A stretch of DNA of 64,000 bases from Acutalibacteraceae bacterium (GTDB taxonomy: Bacteria > Bacillota > Clostridia > Oscillospirales > Acutalibacteraceae), in NCBI GenBank assembly GCA_045642685.1, contig JAZUJI010000056.1, positions 1,696-65,695 of the forward strand, written 5' to 3'. Of this stretch, positions 1-8,558 are shown piece by piece. The notes under the pieces are model-generated. The model did no database searches, had not been told where the DNA came from, and was given only the letters and a program-made list of their open reading frames with translations. Within the stretch, counting starts at the first letter, position 1. Each line of letters starts with the position of its first letter. The translations under genes and the position numbers were made by a program.

Positions 1-199
1 GCACAGTGGTAGAATTCATTTTTATTATGAAACGAAATCAAGGCTTCACCGTATAATGCAAAGGGGAAGGATTCCCTTTTTTCGGTGAACTTTTCCCGAG
101 TGTTTTTTTCGCAAGGGGGGAAAAGAAACGGAAGCATATTTTGACAATAGCGCAACGACCTGCCCTTGCCCCGAAGCCAGGGCGGCAGCGGTCGAGGCA

Positions 200-1264
200 A
201 TGACACAATATTACGGAAATCCGTCATCACTCCATGCCGTCGGCACAGCGGCGCAGCGTCAGCTGGAGGCGGCGAGAGAAACGGCGGCAAGGCTGCTCGG
301 CTGTGAAAGCGAAGAAATTCTTTTCACGGGGAGCGGTACGCTGAGCAACAACACGGCCGTGTTTGGCGCAGCTTATGCCCTGCGCCGCAGAGGCAACCGC
401 ATTGTAACAACAGCCGTGGAGCATCCGAGTGTGATGCAGGCGATGAACCGGCTGGAACGGGAAGGCTTTGAAATTATCCGTCTGTCAGTGGATTCATTCG
501 GCCGCATCAGCCGGCGTGACCTGCAGCAGGCGATCAACGCAAAAACGGTGTTGGTCAGCATCATGTGGGTGAACAATGAAGTCGGCAGCATCATGCCGAT
601 CGAAGCGATTCGTTCCTGCGTGCGTCGCAGCGGTGCACCGGCACTCATTCATGTGGATGCGGTGCAGGCGTTCGGCAAGCTGCCCATTCGTCCGGCATCC
701 TACGGCATTGATCTGCTCAGTGCCAGTGCCCACAAAATCAACGGCTTGAAGGGCGCCGGGCTGCTTTATGTGCGCAAAGGCGTCAAGCTGGCACCCTATA
801 TTGTCGGCGGCGGCCAGGAGGGCAGGGGTATTTATTCCGGCACGCAGCCGATGCCGAATATTCTGGGTTTTGACGGCGCCATGCGTGCGCTGCCCGATTT
901 GCGTATGCAGCTGGAGCAGACCGCACAACAGCGGGACTATTTTGTGCGCAATGCTGCGGCTATACCCGATGTGGTCATCAATTCCGGCGCCGACTGCCTG
1001 CCTTATATCACCAACCTTTCCGTGATGGGGCATCCGGCGCAGACCATGCTCAATTTCTTGTCGGAACGGGGCATTTATGTTTCGGGTGGCTCTGCGTGCT
1101 CCAAGGGGCATCGTTCAACGGTGCTGACTGCAATGGGGCTTGACCCGGCACGAATCGACAGTGCATTGCGCATCAGCTTCTCCCGCTTCACCACCAAAGA
1201 AGAAATCGATTTGCTTCTTACCGGTCTGGAAAGCGGAGCCGCTCTGCTGAAAAAGAAGCGATAA
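200..1264 (+). CDS. nifZ: Cysteine desulfurase, class V aminotransferase (NifS/NifZ type). The true N-terminus lies upstream of the listed ATG.
   Basis: Shows SSLH, the HVDAVQA PLP region, SAHKINGLKG (PLP lysine) and GSACS (active-site Cys loop). It sits directly upstream of thiI, as in the Bacillus nifZ-thiI pair. The in-frame upstream codons 137-199 encode YFDNSATTCPCPEARAAAVEA, the conserved start of the fold. Confidence 0.88.
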   Translation: MTQYYGNPSSLHAVGTAAQRQLEAARETAARLLGCESEEILFTGSGTLSNNTAVFGAAYALRRRGNRIVTTAVEHPSVMQAMNRLEREGFEIIRLSVDSFGRISRRDLQQAINAKTVLVSIMWVNNEVGSIMPIEAIRSCVRRSGAPALIHVDAVQAFGKLPIRPASYGIDLLSASAHKINGLKGAGLLYVRKGVKLAPYIVGGGQEGRGIYSGTQPMPNILGFDGAMRALPDLRMQLEQTAQQRDYFVRNAAAIPDVVINSGADCLPYITNLSVMGHPAQTMLNFLSERGIYVSGGSACSKGHRSTVLTAMGLDPARIDSALRISFSRFTTKEEIDLLLTGLESGAALLKKKR

Positions 1265-1322
1265 GGCGGCGGTACGCCTTAAACGGTGCGGCATTACCTT
1301 ATGAACGAAAAGGAATTAAAAT

Positions 1323-2489
1323 ATGAAAGAAGTCATACTCATTAAAAACGGGGAACTTGCCCTCAAAGGTCTGAACCGCAGAACCTTTGAAAACATCATG
1401 ATAAAGAATATGCGATACCGTCTGTCCGATTTGGGCAAATTCACCTTTACGCCGGCGCAGTCCACCATCAAAATCGAAGGGGATGAATCGGCGGATCTCG
1501 AACAGGCGGTTGAGCGTTTGACCCGTGTGTTCGGGATTGCCGGATTCAGCCGTGCGCTGAAGCTGGAAAAGGATTTTACGCAGGTGCTGGAGCATAGCGG
1601 AGAATACCTGAAAGAACAGCTTTTGCAGGCGGATACCTTCAAGGTGAATGCACGCCGTTCCGATAAACGGTTCCCGCTGACTTCACCGCAAATCTGCGAA
1701 ACACTCGGCGAAAAACTGCTGGATGAATTTCCGCATTTGTCGGTCGATGTGCATCACCCGGATGTGATCGTCAATGTAGAGGTACGGGATTACGATATTT
1801 TTGTTCACGCCAATCAGATCAAGGGCGCAGGCGGTATGCCGGTCGGTTCGGCGGGCAAAGCGGCTCTGATGGTTTCCGGCGGGATCGACAGCCCGGTGGC
1901 AGGCTGGATGATGGCGAAACGGGGGCTGGAGCTGTGCGCCGTGCATTTTGCCTCGCCGCCCTATACCAGTGAGCGTGCGGAGCAAAAGGTGCACGACCTG
2001 CTCAAAAAAGTGGCTCGCTATTCCGGCCGAATCAACCTTTATGTCGTGCCTTTCACCGAAATCCAGGAGCAGATCCGGGATTTATGCGCCGAGGATCTGT
2101 TTACGATCATCATGCGGCGCCTGATGGTGAAATGTGCGCAGATAATTGCCCGGAGAGAGGATTGCGGTGCCCTGATCACAGGCGAAAGTCTGGGTCAGGT
2201 GGCAAGTCAGACGATGGGTGCCATGGCGTGCACGCAGGATGCCGCCGATATGCTGGTGTTCCGGCCGCTGATCGGAATGGATAAGGGCGAAATTATCGAC
2301 ATTGCCAATAAAATCGATACATTTGAAATTTCTATTTTGCCGTTTGAAGACTGCTGCACGGTCTTTACCCCGAAGCATCCGCACACACGCCCGAAAAAGG
2401 CGGATGTGATCGCCGAGGAGCAAAAGCTCCCCGTGGATGAGCTGATCACACGGGCGGTAGAGCAAGCGAGAAAAATCGTGATCGGATAA
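1323..2489 (+). CDS. thiI: tRNA 4-thiouridine synthase / tRNA sulfurtransferase ThiI, short form without a rhodanese domain
   Basis: N-terminal ferredoxin-like plus THUMP region, a PP-loop SGGIDSPVA, and the typical MKEVILIKNGELALKG start. A Shine-Dalgarno sequence lies upstream. Confidence 0.92.
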   Translation: MKEVILIKNGELALKGLNRRTFENIMIKNMRYRLSDLGKFTFTPAQSTIKIEGDESADLEQAVERLTRVFGIAGFSRALKLEKDFTQVLEHSGEYLKEQLLQADTFKVNARRSDKRFPLTSPQICETLGEKLLDEFPHLSVDVHHPDVIVNVEVRDYDIFVHANQIKGAGGMPVGSAGKAALMVSGGIDSPVAGWMMAKRGLELCAVHFASPPYTSERAEQKVHDLLKKVARYSGRINLYVVPFTEIQEQIRDLCAEDLFTIIMRRLMVKCAQIIARREDCGALITGESLGQVASQTMGAMACTQDAADMLVFRPLIGMDKGEIIDIANKIDTFEISILPFEDCCTVFTPKHPHTRPKKADVIAEEQKLPVDELITRAVEQARKIVIG

Positions 2490-2501
2490 GGAAACAGAGA
2501 A

Positions 2502-3758
2502 ATGAACTGCGAAATCATTTGCGTCGGCACCGAAATTCTGCTCGGCGATATTCTGAACACCAACACCCGTTACCTGTCGCAGGAAATGGCGCAGATGGGT
2601 TTTAATGTGCTGCATCAATGTGTGGTAGGCGATAACGCCGGGCGATTGGCACAGCAGCTGCGGGAATCGTTAGCCCGCAGTGAGATCGTGCTGCTCACCG
2701 GCGGGCTCGGACCAACCGCAGACGACATCACGAAAGAGGTCTGCTGTGAGGTAATGGGTGCAGAGCTGTTCACGGACGAAGCAGAGCTTGAAAAAATCCG
2801 GGCGTATTTTTCTGCACGGGGCAGAGAGATGGCGGATTCAAACAAAAAGCAGGCACTTGTGCCGAAAAACGGCATTGTGTTTGCCAACGACCACGGTACG
2901 GCACCCGGCTGTGCGATCGAGCGTGACGGACATTTTGCCGTGCTTATGCCCGGACCGCCTCGTGAAATGCAGCCGATGTTTGCGGAAAAGATCCGACCGT
3001 GGCTGCTGCAAAGATCCGACAGCGTTATTTTCTCCCGCATGGTGCGCACCTTCGGCATCGGTGAATCGGCAATGGCTCAGGCGGTGTCCGATTTGCTCAG
3101 CGGTGAGAATCCGACGGTTGCACCGTACGCCAAGGACGGAGAAGCTCTCCTGCGGGTGACGGCAAAAGCCCGGACGCAGGAACAGGCAGAGCAGATGTGC
3201 GATGAAGTGATTGAAAAGATCCGGAAAAGAATCGGAAAATATATTTACGGGATAGATATCGAGGGCTTGGAATACGCTGTTGTGGAGCAGCTGAAAAAGA
3301 CGGGCAAAAAGCTCGCTCTGGCGGAAAGCTGCACCGGCGGCTGGATCGCCAAACGAATCACCGATGTGCCCGGCGCATCGCAGGTGTTTGAGTGCGGCAT
3401 CGTGTCCTACGCCAACGAAGTGAAAAGGAATCTGCTCGGTGTAAAGAGCGAAACGATCGAACAGTTTACCGAGGTCAGCCGTGCCTGTGCCGCTGAAATG
3501 GCACAGGGTGTGCGGAGGCTTTCCGGTGCGGATTACGGCTTGAGCGTGACCGGCTTTGCCGGTCCGGATCCGGCGCAGGACGGTCGCCCGTCCGGACTGA
3601 TCTATATCGGGTTGGACAGCGACAGCTCAACGACCGTGAAAGAGCTGAACACCGGACGCAGCGGAGCGGGAAGCCGGGATTACAACCGTGTGCTGGCTGC
3701 ATCAAACGCATTGCACATGGTGTGGGAAGAAGAAAAAAGGCAGGGTGATCTGGATTGA
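2502..3758 (+). CDS. cinA: CinA family competence/damage-inducible protein (nicotinamide-nucleotide amidase)
   Basis: N-terminal MoCF-type domain (EIICVGTEILLGDILNTN, LTGGLGPTADDIT, LMPGPPREM) and a C-terminal PncC deamidase domain (ESCTGGWIA, SVTGFAGP). Confidence 0.92.
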   Translation: MNCEIICVGTEILLGDILNTNTRYLSQEMAQMGFNVLHQCVVGDNAGRLAQQLRESLARSEIVLLTGGLGPTADDITKEVCCEVMGAELFTDEAELEKIRAYFSARGREMADSNKKQALVPKNGIVFANDHGTAPGCAIERDGHFAVLMPGPPREMQPMFAEKIRPWLLQRSDSVIFSRMVRTFGIGESAMAQAVSDLLSGENPTVAPYAKDGEALLRVTAKARTQEQAEQMCDEVIEKIRKRIGKYIYGIDIEGLEYAVVEQLKKTGKKLALAESCTGGWIAKRITDVPGASQVFECGIVSYANEVKRNLLGVKSETIEQFTEVSRACAAEMAQGVRRLSGADYGLSVTGFAGPDPAQDGRPSGLIYIGLDSDSSTTVKELNTGRSGAGSRDYNRVLAASNALHMVWEEEKRQGDLD

Positions 3759-5518
3759 AAGATAAGTTCGACAAGAGCAAACAGAAATTATCCATGGCGA
3801 ATGATGAGGCGGAAAATCCGTCCGGCAAATTCCCGGAGCCGGTCAGCCGTGCTTTTGCGTTTGACGAAGCCTTTTTTTTGGATGATATTGAGGCTCCGGA
3901 GGAGAACAAACCGGCAGAAGCGGCAGAAGAAGAAACAGAGCTGGCTTATGATTTCGGGCTGTTCGGTTCAGCGGATCATGCATCGGCTGTTTATCGCCCT
4001 AAGCCGAAAGCGGTGACACCCCCGGCGGTTGAAGAAGAACCCGAACCGCAGCCGGACACAGCCGTTTCAGCCGAATATCATGAGGAGATGCTTTCGGATT
4101 TATTTGATTCCATCAATGAAGAATTGGCACAAATGGAAATTGAGCCGATCCCGTACGATCCGAAGGCGGAAATTACAGAAGCACCCGGCAGGCAGGCAAC
4201 GGTTTCCTACGATGAGTTTCGTGCCAGGTTCACAACCTCACCGGAGCAGGAGGAACCGGCACCCGAGCTTGCCGAACCACCGGAGGAGGTGCCGGAGGAG
4301 AAGGAGCCGGAGCTTTCCGAAGAGCCTGCCGAAGAACCGCTGCTTTCGGCGGCGGCAATGAACATTCATCTGGATACAGAGAATGATGCGGATGAAGAGA
4401 TCTCAGGGATCGATTCGGAGGACGACAAAGAAAAAGACGGAGAGGAAGACGGCTTCAATGTGCGTTCGCTCGAGGAAGTGGCGACCGAACAGCAGGCAGA
4501 GTACTTTGCCGAGGGTGAGGAGCCGGAGGCGCTGACAGCGCCGTACAGCCCCAAAAGCGGTAACTTTTTCACGCGCAATGTTATCCCGCTGAAGGGTGAT
4601 CCGCCATCCGAAATCATCCGCAAGATCATCATGATCCTTGCCCTGCTTGCCGTGCTCGGTTCAGCAGGATACCTGTTTAATGATTATGTCATTACGCCGT
4701 ACCGCACTGCCAATCAGATCGATGAGCTGAGCGAATTGATCGATGAAGAGAATGATGCGGTCGTTGATGACAGTTTGCAAAAGGAATACCCGGGTGTTGA
4801 GTTCCCGGAAGGAATGTTGGAAAAATATGCACCGCTTTACGCCCGGAATCCGGATTTTGTCGGCTGGCTGAGCATTGACGCTCTGGATATTTCCCTGCCG
4901 GTGGTCAAAGCCGAAAACAACAGCAAATATCTGAAAACCGATTTTGACGGCAAAAAGAACAAGTATGGTTCGCTGTTTATGAATTCCTCAAATAACATCG
5001 ACCGGCTGGATATGAACACCACCATTTTCGGCCATAACATGAAGGATTCAAAGATGCTCGGCAACCTGGTGTATTACCGCACGGTGAAGGGTTACCAGAA
5101 AGCCCCGCTGATCGAGTTCAACACGATTTACGCAGATTATAAATGGAAGATCTTTGCCGTGATGCTGACCAACGGCGATCAGAAAGGCGACCGCGGTTAT
5201 CTGTTCAACTATATGTTCACAAACCTGAGCAGCGAAGCCGTCTTGGAAGAATACCTCGGTGAAATCAAGCAGCGTTCCCTCTATTACCCGGAGGTAGACA
5301 TTGCTTTGTCGGATAAAATTCTCACCATTTCCACCTGCACCTACGATTTTGAGGATGCCCGTCTGGTTATTTTAGCCCGTATGGTTCGTCCCGGCGAAAG
5401 CACGGCGGTGACCGGCACGGTTTACGGCAACGAAAACCCCCGTTATCCGCAGGCGTATTACGACAAGAGCAACCTGAACAATCCGTATTTTGACGCAACC
5501 CGTTGGCAGCCGTCATAA
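3755..5518 (+). CDS. Class B sortase-like transpeptidase with a long acidic N-terminal extension and one TM helix
   Basis: The C-terminal ~230 aa carry SrtB hallmarks: NPDFVGWLSI, FGHNM (His), LTISTCTY (Cys) and RLVILARMVR (Arg). A TM helix is at IIMILALLAVLGSAGYLF. The first ~290 aa are E/D/P-rich and low complexity. The TTG start overlaps the cinA stop; the alternative ATG is at 3794. Confidence 0.8.
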   Translation: MKDKFDKSKQKLSMANDEAENPSGKFPEPVSRAFAFDEAFFLDDIEAPEENKPAEAAEEETELAYDFGLFGSADHASAVYRPKPKAVTPPAVEEEPEPQPDTAVSAEYHEEMLSDLFDSINEELAQMEIEPIPYDPKAEITEAPGRQATVSYDEFRARFTTSPEQEEPAPELAEPPEEVPEEKEPELSEEPAEEPLLSAAAMNIHLDTENDADEEISGIDSEDDKEKDGEEDGFNVRSLEEVATEQQAEYFAEGEEPEALTAPYSPKSGNFFTRNVIPLKGDPPSEIIRKIIMILALLAVLGSAGYLFNDYVITPYRTANQIDELSELIDEENDAVVDDSLQKEYPGVEFPEGMLEKYAPLYARNPDFVGWLSIDALDISLPVVKAENNSKYLKTDFDGKKNKYGSLFMNSSNNIDRLDMNTTIFGHNMKDSKMLGNLVYYRTVKGYQKAPLIEFNTIYADYKWKIFAVMLTNGDQKGDRGYLFNYMFTNLSSEAVLEEYLGEIKQRSLYYPEVDIALSDKILTISTCTYDFEDARLVILARMVRPGESTAVTGTVYGNENPRYPQAYYDKSNLNNPYFDATRWQPS

Positions 5519-5537
5519 TTGAAAGGAAGCAAAACGA

Positions 5538-6788
5538 ATGAATATCAGTTTTATCGAGTTGAATATCAGCGGAGCCGAAAATGTGCAGTCTGCCGCTGAC
5601 CGCCTGAAAGAAATTCTTTCGACCTACGGTGAGTGTGACTTTAAGCTTTGCGGAACGATGCAGCAAATTTCCGCTTCGCTCAATCAGGCATTTGCCAAGG
5701 CCGGTGTGATCGTTGTCGGCATCGAGCCTTCCGCTTTTGCCACAACCAAGCTTGCGGTGCTGCGTGCCATGCACCTCAAAACCGAGCTGGATCCTCGGAT
5801 CAAGGACAAGCTGATCCATGTGCCGGATATTGACAGCCGGTATGTTGCCATGCACAGTGCCGTGCCGGTCGGTGCGGATGTGTTTTTGAGCGAAAGCGGT
5901 TTTTGTTCGGGCTTTGCCGTTGTTTCAGGCGATCAGACGTTTCTCATGCTTCCGCTGGATAAAACAGTGGTGTTGAAGATGATGCGCACCGGTGTGGAGC
6001 CTTATTTCCTTGCCCACGGCATAGAGAGCAAAAGGCCGAATCAAGCAGCAGATGCGGTTTATTTGGCGCAGGCAGAGCTTTTGCGCAAGCTGAAAAAGAA
6101 GGTTTATTTCGCAAGCACGCCGTCGCTTGAGCATTTTCGTGACTTATACGGCACAGGCAACGACGATGCGTTCGTTTTTGACAGTTATTCGGCGAAACGG
6201 AAGAATGAAGCTCCCAAGGATTATCTGGCAGATCTGGCTCGCTATTCCATTCCGGACGGGGAAGAAAATGCGTTAGGTGCGGCCATTTCCAATATCTTCA
6301 CCGGCCAATCGCAAAACGGGGAAGACCGCTATAATGTTTACATCGCATTGTCGGACGGGTATTCCTCCCGTGTTGTCCGCTTTATTTCTCAGCCGGATGA
6401 AACACCGGACGAGCTGATGGAAGCGGCCTATGAAATGCTGCTGGATATGATTGAGGAAAAATGCCGTGAAGCAGATGAGCCGCAAGATGAAGAAAGCAGC
6501 GACTTTGATTACAGCCAGGAAATTTACGAAGAAGAAACCCGCAGGCAGAAAAAGGCACGCAGATTCAACGGTATCACCGCTGCCGTTTTTGCCGTTCTTT
6601 CCATTTTGATCGCACTGGCGGTTCTGCTGTTTGTTAAGGGTATGCATACCACCGAGCAGAGCAATGCCGATGCCGGAAAAATACTGGCAAGCAATGCTCA
6701 GCAGCGTGAAGAGGAAGAAAATGAACTGTCGTTCTGGTTCGGTGTGGAGAATGAGGATGAAAATGAAACCACGGAAGTTAACGGATAA
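5538..6788 (+). CDS. Membrane-anchored hypothetical protein with a degenerate CinA/MoCF-like N-terminal domain
   Basis: Good SD (GAAAGGAAG). Residues ~40-160 align by eye to the CinA N-domain (SAVPVGADVFLSESGFCSGFAVVSGDQTFLMLP versus ALVPKNGIVFANDHGTAPGCAIERDGHFAVLMPGPP) but lack GGLGPTxDD. A TM helix lies near the C-terminus (ITAAVFAVLSILIALAVLLFV), followed by an acidic tail. Confidence 0.6.
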   Translation: MNISFIELNISGAENVQSAADRLKEILSTYGECDFKLCGTMQQISASLNQAFAKAGVIVVGIEPSAFATTKLAVLRAMHLKTELDPRIKDKLIHVPDIDSRYVAMHSAVPVGADVFLSESGFCSGFAVVSGDQTFLMLPLDKTVVLKMMRTGVEPYFLAHGIESKRPNQAADAVYLAQAELLRKLKKKVYFASTPSLEHFRDLYGTGNDDAFVFDSYSAKRKNEAPKDYLADLARYSIPDGEENALGAAISNIFTGQSQNGEDRYNVYIALSDGYSSRVVRFISQPDETPDELMEAAYEMLLDMIEEKCREADEPQDEESSDFDYSQEIYEEETRRQKKARRFNGITAAVFAVLSILIALAVLLFVKGMHTTEQSNADAGKILASNAQQREEEENELSFWFGVENEDENETTEVNG

Positions 6789-6803
6789 GAGGGTGCAGTT
6801 GAG

Positions 6804-8417
6804 ATGACCGAACTGAAAATCGTATCGTCTTTGGAAAAAATTTTTGCTCAGAGCAGCGGTGACTTTTACGAAGTGGAAAAATTGTCGATGCTGCGCCGGG
6901 AGCGGCTGAATTTTCAGCTTGTCGTGTTGACCGATGAGCCGGTTCGGGTCACGCTCACCTGTGCGGAAGCTGTGCAGGTGCAGACCTTTAATGAGCTTTG
7001 CGTGCCCGTACGGCTGCGTTATTACGAAAATCACGATGCCGATGTGCTTGATTCGCCGGACGGCTATTATCCCGATTGTCTGGTGCCCACGGTGAACGGT
7101 GAAGTCGAGTTTGTCAACGGCGGCTGGACCGGTGTCTGGTGTGAAGTGACCTGCGAGCAGGCAGGGGACTATCCGCTGACCGTCTGTGCTTACAACGAGG
7201 AAAACGATTTGGTGGCGCAAACGGAATTATATATTAAAGTGATCGGCGTCGATTTGCCGGAGCAGACGCTCATGTGCACAAATTGGTTTCACTGCGACTG
7301 TCTTGCCACTTTGTACGATCTGGAGCCGCTGAGTGAGGAACACTGGGAAGTCATTGAAAATTATGTGCGTACGGCGGTTCGGCACGGCATCAACTTTTTG
7401 CTGACACCTTTGTTTACGCCTCCGCTGGATACGGCTGTGGGCGGTGAACGCCCGACGGTTCAGTTGGTGGATGTTACGGTGCAGGAGGACGGCTCCTATT
7501 CGTTCGGCTTTGAAAAGCTGCGCCGCTGGTTCGCTATGGCGAAGCGGTGCGGTGTGAAATATTTTGAAATGTCCCACTTGTTTACGCAGTGGGGTGCCGC
7601 CCATGCGCCGAAGATCGTTGACACCTGCGGCAGGAAGCTTTTCGGGTGGAAGACCCGTGCAGGCGGAAAACAGTATAAAGCCTTTTTAACGGCGTTTGCC
7701 GCTGCGCTCAAACCCGTTTTGGAGCAGGAGGGCGTGAAAGACCTTTGCTATTTCCATGTGTCCGATGAGCCGAACCGTGAGCAGCTTCGCTCCTACGCCA
7801 AGGCAAGCCGCCTGATCAACAGCCTGTTTGAGGGGTATCATAAAATCGATGCGCTGAGCGATTACGATTTTTACAAAAAGAAGCTCGTGTCGCTGCCGGT
7901 GCCGTGCCTGGATGAACTGGGGCAGTTTTACGGCAAGGTCGATAAGCTGTGGACTTATTACTGCTGCGGTCAGTATCGGGGCACTCCGAACCGCTTTATG
8001 GCGATGCCCTCTTACCGCAACCGTGTTTTGGGCATGGTGCTGTTCAAATTCAACTGTGCCGGCTTTTTGCAGTGGGGCTATAATTTTTGGTATTCTCAAC
8101 ATTCCAGGCACCCGATCGACCCGTTTTCGCCCAACGGCGAGGATGAAGCATTCCCTGCGGGAGATGCCTATGTGGTCTATCCCGGCGAAGACAGGAAGCC
8201 GCTGGTATCCCTGCGCTTCAAGGTGTTTTATGACGGGTTTCAGGATCATGCCGCCCTGCGCCTGATCGAGGCGAAAGAGGGGCACGAAAAAGCAGTTGCC
8301 CTGCTTGAACGCAACATGAGCCGGCCGCTTACCTCAAAATATTATGAGAAGGGTATAGCGTGGATGCACGAAAAGCGGGAGGAGATCAATGCCCGTATCG
8401 AACAGCTCTATTTGTGA
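6804..8417 (+). CDS. DUF4091-type (GH123-like) glycoside-hydrolase-like protein
   Basis: The length (~540 aa) and the N-terminal VSSLEKIF motif are typical of DUF4091 proteins. No signal peptide. Family recalled from memory, not searched. Confidence 0.55.
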   Translation: MTELKIVSSLEKIFAQSSGDFYEVEKLSMLRRERLNFQLVVLTDEPVRVTLTCAEAVQVQTFNELCVPVRLRYYENHDADVLDSPDGYYPDCLVPTVNGEVEFVNGGWTGVWCEVTCEQAGDYPLTVCAYNEENDLVAQTELYIKVIGVDLPEQTLMCTNWFHCDCLATLYDLEPLSEEHWEVIENYVRTAVRHGINFLLTPLFTPPLDTAVGGERPTVQLVDVTVQEDGSYSFGFEKLRRWFAMAKRCGVKYFEMSHLFTQWGAAHAPKIVDTCGRKLFGWKTRAGGKQYKAFLTAFAAALKPVLEQEGVKDLCYFHVSDEPNREQLRSYAKASRLINSLFEGYHKIDALSDYDFYKKKLVSLPVPCLDELGQFYGKVDKLWTYYCCGQYRGTPNRFMAMPSYRNRVLGMVLFKFNCAGFLQWGYNFWYSQHSRHPIDPFSPNGEDEAFPAGDAYVVYPGEDRKPLVSLRFKVFYDGFQDHAALRLIEAKEGHEKAVALLERNMSRPLTSKYYEKGIAWMHEKREEINARIEQLYL

Positions 8418-8481
8418 AAAATGCAGCGCCCGATATCATTTTGCAACGGTGCCGGGTGTGCAGTTATTGTCGAGAGACGGA

Positions 8482-8516
8482 TTGCAGATATTAAAAGTGC
8501 TAATTGTTATCTGCAA
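8482..8516. promoter_or_regulatory. Perfect 9-bp inverted repeat TTGCAGATA-N17-TATCTGCAA, just upstream of a TATAGT -10-like box (8518-8523)
   Basis: Read directly: 8482-8490 is the reverse complement of 8508-8516. It lies about 45 bp upstream of the 8559 start. Confidence 0.45.
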
Positions 8517-8558
8517 ATATAGTATGGTTATATTGATTTCAATAACAGGAGGTATACT

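Noticed and set aside
50-90. A TATAAT-like box followed by the short hairpin GGGAA-GGA-TTCCC-TTTTTT, considered as a riboswitch or T-box leader for nifZ-thiI
   Set aside because: The stem is only 5 bp and there is no specifier or T-box motif. The region is truncated by the window edge. It may simply be the terminator of the upstream gene.
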